DNA from: Camelus dromedarius
Taxonomy: Eukaryota
Direction: 5' to 3'
Length of the DNA stretch: 64,000 bases
Assembly: GCF_036321535.1 (NCBI RefSeq)
Contig: NC_087437.1
Span: 12,712,001 to 12,776,000 of the forward strand
Below are positions 38,557-51,400 of this stretch, one piece after another. The translations under genes were made by a program, and so were the position numbers. Below the pieces are notes generated by a model. That model made no database searches and was not told the DNA's origin. It saw only the letters and a list, made by a program, of their open reading frames with translations. Within the stretch, counting starts at the first letter, position 1. Each line of letters opens with the position of its first letter.

Positions 38557-38645
38557 CACATTCCCATACATCTGGAGAAGACAAAATGGTACCTCAGTGC
38601 AGATGCACATTCCCATACATCAGGAGAAGACAAAGTGGTACTCAG
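38557..38645. repeat. Imperfect direct duplication of about 40 bp (period 49)
   Basis: cacattcccatacatctggagaagacaaaatggtacctcag (38557-38597) versus cacattcccatacatcaggagaagacaaagtggtactcag (38606-38645). Confidence 0.92.
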
Positions 38646-39389
38646 GTTTGCACTGTGTCTTTTGGGCAGCTCCTCTGCCACCTGGCATTTTCAGGATTAT
38701 AGTATTTTATTAATAAAGATATCTTATTTTTCCTTAGTGGCAAAGATGCGTGACTTGATTGCATGACCATTCGGTGCGAACACTCCTTATCCTGTGAGAT
38801 GATTTGAATCCAAGTGAAATAACGGCACTCATTTTTTTTGGCCTTGAACTTTTTGAAATTCAACTACTTCATGATTCATTTTACAAAGTTTTCCTGCCAT
38901 CATTCTCCCTGAGCATTTAATCTGTTTCAAATTTAAGTTTACAAGGAGTACAAGAGCTTTGATGGCTCCATATTTATTAAGTGGAGATCAAAGTCCTTCT
39001 TTGCTTTATTTTTAGTATTTTACATCTGCAAGGGATAACATAACATTTCAGATGACAGTTTTTCTTTCCACCAAAGAATTTAGCATGAGAATGCCTTCAT
39101 TTTCAAGCATCTATTTTTTCTCTAAGCCTAAATGTCCTCCAAATTATAAGCATGCGGCCATCACACATGGAATTTCATTCAGTGTTATATTTCAGGAACA
39201 CCAGGAATTTAACATGCCATTCTTTATTGCCACCAGATATAGTTTTGTCTCTGTTCTTCCCACAAAGCTCTTTTCCTAGTAAGACTGGCTTCAGGGCTTA
39301 GAAAAAGGTTTAGTCAAAGGTTTAGTCTTCCTAAATAGATCTTGTAGAGAAGACAGCTTTTGGTTATGCTGAGTTTGTGTTGCTTCTGT

Positions 39390-40510
39390 CTGACAAAGGA
39401 TTATCAACATACTTAAAAGATGGATCACATATGGAGAAAAATATGTAACAGGCAAAAGATTATTGTCTCAATACGTAAAGACCTAAAACTCAGTAAGAAA
39501 ATGAAAAGGAACTCAACAAAAAAGGGGGCAAAATATCCAAACAGGCAAGCGCAGAGCAGGGAAGCCAAATGGTCAATAAATGTAAAAGGGTACTCCAACT
39601 CACCAGTCATCAGAAAAATGCAAACTAAAGCAACAAAATACTATTTCACACAGATCTTAATGGCAAAATGTATAATGTTTAACAATACTGCGTGTAGGCC
39701 GGGAGGTACAGAAGCGGGAAATGGGATAAACGGCCAACAGCCCTGTAATTTGGCACTAAACATCTTGGAGAAAAATTGACAGTAAATTTGGAAATGTCCA
39801 TAGGCTGTGAGTCAGGAACTCACATCCAGGAATACATCCTAGAGAAACCGCACTTCTCTACAAGGAGCTACAGACAGCGCTGGTTATAACTGCGATAGTA
39901 ACTGCTCGTAACGGACGCTGAGAACAAGCCACCTGTGCGTCAGGCTGGTAGCTGCGACACTGGGAAACGATGGAACGTGCGCCGTGGGTAAGGTCTCTGG
40001 GTATCAACATGGATATAGAAAAATGACTGAAAACAAGTTATTGAACATTGTGTACTGTTTATAATACTATTTAGTAGATTTTAGGGGAGGGTATAACTCA
40101 AGAGGTAGAGCGTGTGCTTAGCATGCGTGAGGTCCTGAACTCAATCCCCAGTACCTCCTCTAAAGAAATAATAATTAATAAACCTAATTACCTCCCGCAG
40201 GAAAAAAAGAAAAATAAATAATATAATACTATTTAGTGGATTTTAAACGATACAGTCAGTATATTATTAAATATACATATATAGTAAAAGTGAAAAAAAA
40301 TTAAATAAACTAAATTGCTGATTATTGCTGTCTGTGGGGAAGGGAGGGCGGAGTGGACTGAAAGAGGACCCGCAGGGCCTTCAACCTCATGGGTGCTGTT
40401 TTGATTTTCATTAGAAGATGAAACAAATCAAACAAAATGTTAATATATTTCACTATCGAGAGGAGAGCACACTGGTTTCTGTTCTATCATTCTTTTTACT
40501 TCTCTGTATT
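39390..40510 (+). mobile_element. Ancient L1 (L1ME-like) fragment
   Basis: Degenerate ORF2 C-terminus (SNSPVIRKMQTKATKYYF) and 3' UTR remnants. Confidence 0.75.
40084..40221 (+). mobile_element. tRNA-Ala(AGC)-derived SINE, camelid vic-1 type
   Basis: ggggagggtataactcaagaggtagagcgtgtgcttagcatgcgtgaggtcctg..., A-rich tail, and 24-bp TSD with one mismatch (40060-40083, 40222-40245). Confidence 0.9.
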
Positions 40511-42248
40511 TTTGAAAAATGTTAAAAAATGTTAACAAGTAACAGGGGGATATCTGGGAAAAAACTACGGACACTAAAGACAATCCTTTAAACGGTGAGA
40601 GTGCCACTTCGCAGGGCCAGTTTCACAAGATGCGATGATATTTCCAAAGCATCCTGAAAATTATTCATTACAAGGATCCAAAAGCAACTACAAGGGCTGT
40701 GCTTTGCCCCACAGAAAACTGAAGGACGTCGGGGAAAGATGCAAATCATAGAAATAAAGATATAAAATTTAAGTCTCCTATATTTTGCATCTGATCACAG
40801 AAATGATTCCTACACTCTTAAGTAACATACTCAGTTCCCCCAAATTCAAAGACGGCAACCTCTCCCAAAGCCATTCAACTATCAATTTATCTTGCTTTAA
40901 GCAACTTGTAACATAAAGCAGTTACTTTAAACCTGACTAAAATATGCGCAAATAAAATAGTACATTCCTTTAGGGCAGTCGCAAACTCCAGGCAGGTAAT
41001 GTCTATGAATAAAGTGACTGTAGGAAAAAAAAGGAATGAATGGATGGATTAAAAACATGCAATTTATTTAGTCTGTCTTTGATTTTATAATATTGGTAGC
41101 CATGAGAACAGAGGGTTATTTCTCTAAGAAAAAAATCAGTGCCAAGTGTTACAGAAAATGGTGACTGACGCCAGGCCAGCACTGGAGCTGGGGCAGGGGT
41201 ATGGGTTTTATGGTCCCTAATTCCCTTATAATGAGGGGAATACAGGTCCTGCCTTAACGAAAGGGCAGTCAGGCTCTGCCAACTGCTGTCATCACGCACA
41301 CAGTGTTGTCACATCATCTGACTTTTCAATGTAAGCTGAAATCCAGATTTTATGGTAAATCTACTAACATAATTTTAAATTGTTGATTGAAGAAGACTGG
41401 AAATAGCTCAACAGTTGAACAGTCATGCACTCAAAGGAATATTACATGTTTGTAGAAAGGATAAGGAAGCTTTTAAAATACAAAGAGTGCCACGATACAT
41501 TAAGTAAAAAAAGGTGAGGTGCAAAACAGGAGTATAGTACAGTGTCTATAGTGATGGAAAGGGGAAAAAAGTTATTTTGCTTATATTTTCAAAAAGAAAA
41601 ATAGAATAAACCAGAATAAATATAGTCAGCCATGAGGGTGAGGTTGGTGGGAGAACAGAACACCAACTGAAGCAAGACTTCTGTGCTTCCCACTTACTAT
41701 ATAGTTTTGACTTAGGAATTATGTGTCTTATCTAAGGAAGAAATTAAATGAGGTCATAAGGGGAAAAGGGGAAAAGAATATCCCTGAATCAAGTGAATCT
41801 AGATGAACGCTGAGCAGGGCGGGATGGGGTGACAGCCCGCCGTGAAGCCCGCTGGGGGCCTGAAACGCGCACCACGAATGCGGCTCTGCGGTGTGGTCAG
41901 CCTCCTGACCAACGAAGAGTCCTGACGGAGAAACAGCCAGCCTGGTGAGAAAACCCAGGCCAGCTGCCTGATATTAACAGCTTAGTCGTAAATATAGTCC
42001 ATCCCACATTTAAGGAAAATCCATAATGTGGAAGAGAAAACCAGAGGAACAATATGATATGATCCAGAAGAAAATGGAGGTAATTCTTTAACAGACCAGA
42101 CCGCTGGCAAAGTTCTGATTAGTAATCCTATAGAGATAGAATGCCACAATCTTTACACAAGCATAAACCAATATGAAAGAAAGCAACCATGAAGAGTTGG
42201 GTATTAGAAATGATTATCAAAACAAAGGGCCCACTCAACAGGCAAACA

Positions 42249-43218
42249 CGGTCAGCCCTCCATATCTCTGGGTTCCACATCTGTGGCGTCAAATAACTGT
42301 GAGTCGAAAATATTCAGAAAAACCCTCCTACACTGTTGGTGGCAACGTGAACTGGTGCAGCCACTGTGGAGAACAGTACAGAGGTTTCTCAAAAAACTGA
42401 AAATAGATCTACCACATGACCCAGAAATTCCACTCCTGGGTATACATCTTAAAAAAACAAAAACACTAATTCGAAAATATACATGCCCCTCAACATTCAC
42501 AGCAGCATTATTTACAATTGCCAAAGTATGGAAGCCACCTTAGTGTCCAAAAGCAGATGAATGGATAAAGAAGATGCGGTGTATGTATATACAATGGAAT
42601 ACTACTCAGCCATAATAAAGAATGAAATTTTGCAACAACATGGAAGGACTTGGAGGGCATTATGCTAGGTGAAATAAGTCAGACAGAGAAAGGCAAGTAC
42701 TATATGATATCACTTATATGTGGACTCTGAAAAATACAACAAACTAGTGAATAAAACAGAAAAGCAGCAGACTCACAGATTTTGAGAACTAGTGGTAACC
42801 AGTGGGGAGAGAAGGGGGTGGGGATACAGGGATAGGGGACTTAAAAAAGGGTTATTACGAGATTATATAAAATCATGTGTGTGAAACTTTTGAAAATTGT
42901 AAAGCATTATAGAATTTAAAGAATCATTCCATTAAAACAATGAAAAAAAAATGATTTCTTTGAAAAAAACTATTCAGAAAAGAATTCCAGAAGTTCCAAA
43001 AAGCAAAACTTGAATTTTCCTCACACCAGCAACTATTTGCATAGCATTTTTACATTGTATTAGGCAGCAGAAGCCTAATAAGTCTGGAGATGACTTAAAG
43101 TATACAGGAGGATGTGCATAGGCTATGCCACTTTATTAAAGGGACTTGAGCATCCTTGGAGTTTGGTGTCTGTGGACGGTCCTGGAACCAATCCCCTGTG
43201 GATACTGAGTGATGACTG
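42249..43218. mobile_element. MER2-like TcMar-Tigger DNA transposon split by an L1
   Basis: Inverted ends cggtcagccctccatatc... and ...gatactgagtgatgactg followed by TA; internal gggacttgagcatcc...tcctggaaccaatcccc. Confidence 0.82.
42322..42970 (+). mobile_element. 5'-truncated L1 inserted in MER2
   Basis: ORF2 C-terminus ([31 protein letters not shown]) and 3' UTR; TSD tattcagaaaa (42311-42321, 42971-42981). Confidence 0.9.
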
Positions 43219-43355
43219 TATATATAGAACATTTAAAGAAACAAAACTGGCTAATGAACATGATAAATTTTAATCTCACAGTAATCAAGGAAATGGAAGT
43301 CAAAACTAGGTATTTTTCACCCATCAGATCAGCAAAAATAGCAAGGCTGTTTAAT

Positions 43356-43640
43356 TATCTTAGTTCAGGCTGCAGTAACAAATTACATAGACTGGGGGCT
43401 TAAATAACAAACATTTATTTCTCACAGTTGTGGAAGCTTCTCGTGTTCTCACAGCTGGAGAGCAGAGGAAACAAGCTCTTCTGGTCTCCTCTCCTAAGGG
43501 CACTAATCCCATTCATGAAGGCTCCACCCTCACGACCTAACTATCCCCCAAAGGTCCCATCTCCTAATACCATCACTTTGGGGGTTAGAATTTTAACATA
43601 CAAATTTTGGGGGTGGTACATGGACACTCAGTCCATAACA
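43356..43640 (-). mobile_element. MLT1A-like MaLR LTR
   Basis: aacaaacatttatttctcacagtt...aagggcactaatcccattcatga...tcagtccataaca. Confidence 0.85.
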
Positions 43641-44071
43641 GTAATCCAATGCTGCATAAACAAATCACTCTGAAAGTGTCTTTAAATTCTCATTCACCAG
43701 GTCTCCTGGTTTCTGTGCATTAGGAATTCAGTCATGGTTTGGCTGGGCAGTTCCAACTTGGGTGACTCATTCTTATGAAGCTACAGTCATTGAAGGCTGG
43801 ACTCGGGGCTGGAGGATCCACTTCTGCTGCTGCCAAATTGCTGCTGGAGGTTGGAGAGAGGCCCCCAGGGAGCCTCCTGGCATAGCAACTGACCTCCTCC
43901 AGAGCAAGCAGTCCAAGAAAGCAAGGTTTTTCACAACCAAGCCCCACATATACCACATGGTCACTTCCACCATATTCTATTGGACACAGGCCAGCTCTAA
44001 TTTAGTGTGGAAGGGACAACACAAAGACATGGAAGCCAGGAGGTGAGGATCATGGGAGGCTGGCTACCACA
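43641..44071 (-). mobile_element. Older MLT1 (F/G/H-like) MaLR LTR
   Basis: tgctgcataaacaaatcac...ggctgggcagttc...ggaggctggctaccaca. Confidence 0.7.
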
Positions 44072-47000
44072 ACAGCAATATTCAGTTCTGGCAAGAATGG
44101 GAGGAAATGGGAGCCCTGATAGACTATAGCTGGGCGTGTAAATTGGTGTACCTCATTTAGAGGGTGATTTGAGAGTAGACAGTAAGATTTAAAATGCAAT
44201 ATATCTTTGCATATATTCTATGTGAAAGACAAGTATATAAGGATGTTCACTGCGGTAGTATTGGCAATAACAAAAAAAGAGGGGGAAACCTATGTAAGGG
44301 AATGCATAAATTCAGGAATACGATGGTTAAAAAGAATGTGGCAGATTTATGACTGACCACGGAAACAGCTCTAAGACACACTGTTAAGTAAATAAGAAAA
44401 TACACTTCCATTTACACGAAAAGAAAAAACCAAATACGTGAATACTGATTTTGAGTGTGTGTTATGTCTGAATATGAAAATTCAGAGGAAAGCTCTAGGA
44501 AGACACATGCAAAAATTTTGACCGTTACCTCTAAAAAAATGGTGGAGTGTGGGGAGCGGAGGCAGCATTTCTACTTTATAATATTGTCATTTGAATTTTT
44601 AACAAATGGCTTTCATTATGCAAACATTTAAAATTGGTAAAGAACAGACTTTGAGTGACAACCCCAAATGCCCTCTGACATGGGTTTTCTTGGTTAGACT
44701 TTTATTTTATTAGATTAGGATAGACAGGTTATTTATTTTAGCTCTTCAGAGGCCCTTTCTGGCTGACTATGGATGCTGCTCCAATTTTGTTGATCTCAGA
44801 TGATGTCTTTAGAAAATTAAGTGACTAGAGCAAGGTCTCAACCTCTGTTTTCACTTGCGGTGTCGTGATCAGGAAATGGCTGTCAGACACTCAGGTATTC
44901 GGCTGCTGGTTCTCACTCAGCCTCTCCGTTTCATGGGCACCAGACAGACCGCCTATGATACAGACCACTATCAGCCAATGAGACACCAAAGTCACTGGCA
45001 CTTAACAGACACTGAAAAGGTGGCCATTATCAGTTTAGGTCCGTTCTAAATCTCCTATCAGAAATAAAGCACTGTTTTGGTCAGTATAAATGATGTACCC
45101 GAACACATACTAAGGGGAATCATGCCAATCATGGCTTGTGTTGGTTTACTCTTTCTTCCCGTGAGTATTTTAGGAAGGAATACTGCCTTGATCAGAGCTT
45201 GTCACAAAGTGTATGTGCTTGAACTATGAAATCAAAACACAATTTACTGTTGTAGAAATTTTTTAGAAATTTACACAAATACCAAAGCATATATATCTAG
45301 AGTAATCTATTACCACATTATAATTTATTCTCCAGAAAAGCTTCACTATAGTTAGAAAAATCATTGTACCTAATAACAATTTTAGTATCTCCCCAACTTG
45401 AACTTTGCCATCAAAGAATCTATATTCATGAAACATTCATGAAACACCTACTAGAACAGCAGCCCACACACAGGTCTGCAACTCCAAGGCATCCTGACCC
45501 TGTGTGAACTGTTGAACCCGGCAGATCAGCAGACACAAAGACCGAGTGTAAGAGCGCGTCTTGCCCATGTTACTAATCCACTGCACTGCTTAGACAGGCC
45601 ATTTAACTTCTCTGTGTTTGCGCTTCCTCGGTGAAAAGTGAGGCGTCTGGATTAAATTACATCTAACAACGCTTCCTACCCTGAAAGTCCATGACAACAT
45701 GTTCTCCAGCCCTCCCTTAACCTGAGGCACTCCTTTTCCTTGTAAATCGATCAAAACATCAGCTGTAACTTCTTGTTCATCTTGAGAATGTGATTTCCAG
45801 CAAAGGGCTTACTTTAAAAAAAACACTGCAACAAAAAGCAGACTGTCTGTAAAATCCCTCGTGAGGCTAAAGTATAAACCCTTTTTAGGCAGCGAGCAAG
45901 GGCAGAAGAAGGCTAACCAATCAGAGCGTGGTTCCAGGACCTGCTGCCGTCACTCCCTCGGTGCTTCGCATCCCCCCTTCAGTCACAACAGGCTGAGTGC
46001 TTCTCAAGTAAGACCCCAGGTGACTGCTATAAAAAGTGCAGCTAACATCAGGGCCAGTTTATTGAAGGGATCTGTACCGTCAGCCCCTCTTCACCCTAGT
46101 TACTCTTGCCTTACCAGTGTACTGTCACTAAGCTTTACACATTACTGAGAAGTGCCCTGTCCCGTACCTCGCGTACTATTTCCAAACTTGTCTGCATAAT
46201 AAAGTATTAACACGTGTCAGGTACCCTGGGGTTAAAACTCATGGAACGCATTTAAGAAGTGTGCCGACTACTTTTCTCTTTAACAGTTCAGCTCTATAAA
46301 AATATAGGACATTTGAACTTTATTTTTCTGCGTAAAGCCACAGGAAAAATTAGAATGTTTCCTTTCACAGACAAAGTGCACTGAGTTTATTTTTATTACC
46401 ATCTTTGTAAGACTGCTTGTTGAGCTCCAGGTTTTCTCACGAAGAGTGTTGGTCCATCTGATCATCCAAATACTCACCATGCTCAGACCAAACATCTCAA
46501 GACAGGGAAGAGACAAGGCTCTCCAACTTTATGTATTTGGACATTGTATGATTAACTTAAGAGTTTGAAAATTCCAGAAAACTTTCTAATATTAAGACAT
46601 TACTAAATTTAGATGTACAAGCTACTTTTTTTAAAAAAATGTAACTTTTTAGCAAGAAAGTGATCCTCAGCAGAGTTTGACTACAATTAAAAAGAAAATA
46701 AAAGACCTCTGTTTCAGGATTTTAGTACATATTCTATAATGCATGTAACTGTTCTACTGAGCTGCACAGGGTGAGAATGTCTGAGAACATACTTTTCTTG
46801 TCAGAAGAGCTGAGAGCTCACTTTTCAACATCACAAAGGCTTCGCGGACGGGCTGCTGCCACCTTCATGATGCCAGCACAACACCTTTGCACACAAACAC
46901 TTAACAAATATACACTAAATTTAACTGGAGAGGTTATAGAGAACACATACAAAAACTCTTGATACAGTGTATAAATGCTGAATGATGTAGTTACATAGTT

Positions 47001-47229
47001 TCAAAGTCAAGAATAAACATTTTATTCAATGAGGTAGATAAAAGTACTCAAAAGTAAACTCAAAAGTAAAGCATTTTCTGAAGTGTCCACAGATTACAGA
47101 TTTATAATGTATTTTTGAATTTATGCAGTCACTGTTAAATATCTTCATAACTCTTGTCTATTCAAGCAGTTTTCAATGTTTAACATACTTATTAAAGATT
47201 TTTATTTAGCCAAAGTAACCACTAAGAAG

Positions 47230-47765
47230 ATGTAACGCAAAATAATTCATTTTATTTCTTAAATGACTATGTATTTACAATCATAAAAATTTTCATGCAT
47301 TGTAACTTATGAGATACTCTACTTTCACATTTATTAAAAATTAAAAATCTTAGGAAATGTAGTTCAATTACTTTTGAAGAAATTAATGGCTGATCAGAGA
47401 CTGTCAAATTACTATTAGCAGCTTAAGATTTCTTCATAATCATGAATAGCATTTAATCACGAACACCTTCATTTTACTTTTAAAATCATACACTTAACAA
47501 TTTTCAGATGAAAATCTCATAGTTGGGCAGTAAGACTTTACTCCAAATTATAGTCACATATGTAAGGGAGTTTTTAATTTGAGGTTTCATTATTGTCCAT
47601 AGTATAAAGATATATTTTCATGAGGGTTACATGATGGATAGCCAACAAGGAAATATGCTAGCAGAGGGCAGCAAACTGACAGTTAAGCATGCACGGGACT
47701 GACAGACTACTTTAGAACACGCTAAGTCCTTGATTATGGCCAGCTTTTCTATAATGGTCAGGTTC
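47230..47765 (-). other. NGLY1: NGLY1 3' UTR with candidate poly(A) signals
   Basis: Follows the TGA. Minus-strand AATAAA at 47335-47330 and 47256-47251, with further copies at 47206-47201 and 47026-47021. Which site is used cannot be determined. Confidence 0.65.
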
Positions 47766-48029
<264 letters not shown>

Positions 48030-48319
48030 TTAAAAAAATCAACCCTTAGAAAATAAATAAAAATTATTCTTTATGGAGGAAATGTGCCCTTTGAAAAAGA
48101 AATGAGTTTTCTCCTTCCATTTGTGTTCCATAGTAAAAAAACGTTAAGCCATTCTATTACAATGAGGTTATATGGGTTTTAATTTAAACAATTTTTTTTT
48201 AACTGTAACAGTATGAACTCTAGGGTAAGAAAAACTCTTAACTACATCTCAAATAAGTAAATTACTCTTCAGAGTGTTAAATACACACGTCACAATTAAT
48301 TCTCCAGTCAAATGCTTAC

Positions 48320-48497
48320 CACCTGTCAGCTGTACTTGCACTGTATCGGATCGCAATTTCCATTGCACTGTTCCAGTCTCAAAGGTCTGACTACTTGTCC
48401 TAATGGAAATGTCATCTACTTTTAGGCCGACTGACCCACATTCAAACTTCCAGGAAATGTAAGCATAAGACGATCCTTCCTTTCGGGTTAAATACAC
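48320..48497 (-). CDS. NGLY1: NGLY1 exon 11
   Basis: ctgtag acceptor and gtaagc donor, 178 nt: [59 protein letters not shown]. Phase matches exon 12. Confidence 0.97.
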
Positions 48498-51400
48498 CTA
48501 CAGAGTTGAGAGAAAAAAGGAACTGTCAGAAATAATGAGGCTGTGCAGAAAACACATCCAGTCAAAGTCTCATTGTCACAGGTACTACTCACAGTTATTA
48601 AAAATCTGATTTTTCCCACTGAAAAGATTTTTACTTCTAACATCTTTTCATTTTATTAGCAATTTTTCCTATAGCATCTTTTGCTACAAATGAAAGAAAT
48701 TATTTGAATGTGAGGGCCTCAGTAAGTATCGCTCTGAGGCTCCATGCTGCCCAGGTTCTGGTAAATCACACTGTCTTTTCAATTAATAAGTCCAGCTATT
48801 TAAAATGAACTTCATAATGAATCCTGCTGAAAATGAAGAGTCCTTTTAAATGCAGTTAGTTATTCCTTGATTTGTCTTCTTTTCTAAGTCTGGATTTTTA
48901 AGGTAAGCTTTCCTCGAATGAGATGGGCCATATCCTCTACACCATGTTGGTACCTCAGTCACTGCTAAGCAACAGTAATGCTTTAAAAGGTAATACCCAG
49001 GCCCCCGCTTGCCCCTCTGAAGAGTAAGCTCCCATGCCTTCATCATCAATGCCCTGACCACTTCAAATGTACTGTTTAAGGCACCCGGGTTTACTGGCTG
49101 CCTCCAGCCCATCTTCTCTCACAGTTTAATCGACACTCTTCAAACACTGACATGGAAACTGACATCCATGGCCTTGGTCTTGTACAGGCAATTCCACTCA
49201 CCCAGGCTCAAACCCCTAAGAACCTGACTGTCTCATCATTTATCCCTAATGCCCAAACTCCCACAATAATCCATGCATTTCTTTGAAAGAAGTCTTGGGG
49301 GGGAACCTTTCCTCATTTAGACTGCGCTTATCACCACAGGCAAGACTTTACACTCCTCTTTCTGTAACTGTCTAATGCTTCTAAAATCCCACTTCCTTCA
49401 TATAATTTGCTTGGTCCAGAACATACAGCAAGTACCTGCCTCATGCATTAAACACAAACTATTAGCTTTCATGGTCCTCCACAATTTCATCCCACCTTCA
49501 ACTGCCAGTATTCCTTTACCCAAATGTGTAACTATTTTATTTCAGGTGTGCTTATATTATCTAACTTAACCAAATCACAAACTCTCCGGGGAAACTGGAT
49601 TCATAGTTCTGGATTCATGGGATCTAATAAACAGTATTTAAGCACTAGAAATTTGCACATGTGCGCTCATGCACACACATACATACACCCGTTCAGAAAC
49701 ACCTAATCTACTTCTCAGGGGGAAATAACTGGAAGTACATGAAACACATTCACCATGGAAACAATCTACTCATACTATTCTAGTGTTCAGTCACCAAAGA
49801 AAAAGTCAATTACTGCTCGCATTCTATTGATATTCTATTCAGCAACCTACAGCTAGTTTTCTTCCAGGTTAAATACGTCAGCTAATTTGAGTTTTTAGAA
49901 TCAGTAAGCTGGAGATAATAAACCATTAAACAATCACTCTCCAAGGAAAATGACTTAAAAGTCCTTAGACTAGATGTGTATACAGGTCTACTGTTGTTCT
50001 GCACAGCAAACCTCGATGTGTGCTACTGCTGAGTGCTTGCTCACGTCCAATCTCACTCCGGCACCTCTGACGCGTGTCCCCACCGCATGCTCCCCTTACA
50101 GCTATGTTTAAGGAGAGCCTGGGCTCAGGGCTGCACCCTGCTCCCCAGGAGCTGTCAGGTTCACCCATGCGAAACTACTGGGCACCTGGGACTATCTATA
50201 ACTTAATTACTCCTCCGAAGGAGTGTTTAGTAAAGGGAGTCATCTGGAACAGATGAGCCAAACATAGAGGTTACTGGGAGAAAGGTGGTTGGAAGAAACT
50301 AAAAGACTGGGGGAGGTAATCTTAAGAATTAAACATACTTAAATTTATGCCTCAATATCTACCTCTACGCTTGTGTGTTTTCAGAGCTCAGTAGCTTCAA
50401 ATGGCCCCTCTCAAAGTGTAGGCATATAATATATGATAGGCTGAAGTCAGGTTAACTTCCCATTTCTAGCTTACCCCAAGAATTGCTTCAATTGTATCAG
50501 GTGAGTCTGGTCCAGAATTGTTTTTAACTGTCAGAGGTTTATGATAGCTGTTGAACATGTCTGAGAATTGCTTTTTCTAAGACTTAACATTTTTCAGCCC
50601 TAAAGGCATCAGGTTTTTACAACTCTTAAGAAGTTAAAGGATAAGATGGAATTCATCACTGAATTCTTAAATGCTTAAATAAATCTTCAAACATATTAGG
50701 AGCAAATAAAGGTTCTCTTAGACTAAAGAAACAGCATATGGAGATAAATCAGACCCTATTAATACTGGAAATTCATGTCATCTTTTTGATACAATATATT
50801 CTGTCTGTAGCATCTTAACCAACTTATTTAACTCAGCATTTTTAGAGATGGTAGAATGTTACCAAAAACAACTATATACTCAGTTTGGTAATTTGAAATG
50901 TACCAAAACAACAGGATTTACATAAACCTCCAATTGTGGTCCTGTCTAGGTGTAAAAGCAATGGAACCAGTAATTATAATTTGTTTAGGAGAAAAAAAAC
51001 CTTTATAAACTTCTCAAATAGTCAACTGTTTGGTTTAAAGGGGGAAAAAGCATTTTGGTAACTGGTTGTCCCTAACTCCTTGATTTACCTTAGACCGATG
51101 TTTGCCTGTTGGCTTGTTAAATTCACAGGTGTCAGTTACTGTGTGCAGCTCTACATGCTCGGTTCCGAATTGGTGGGACCGCTAAGGGATGAGTGTCATT
51201 ACCCTACGTTAGCAGTGGTAGTCAATCGCAAGGCATGGTTTCTCTCCTACAGACAGAGATCTATACAGCAGTACCAGCCCCCAGCTCAGGGATCCACCCT
51301 GCCCCTTGGTGGCCTCTGTCAGGACATAAAGGCACATCTCAGCCTGTGGCTGGGAAGAAGACCAGCGCGCCTCTGGTTTCAGATCTAAGTTATCCTGCTC

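Noticed and set aside
46280..46516. Extra NGLY1 coding exon (78-aa minus-strand ORF)
   Set aside because: It lies beyond the NGLY1 stop and poly(A) signals and has no similarity to PNGase.
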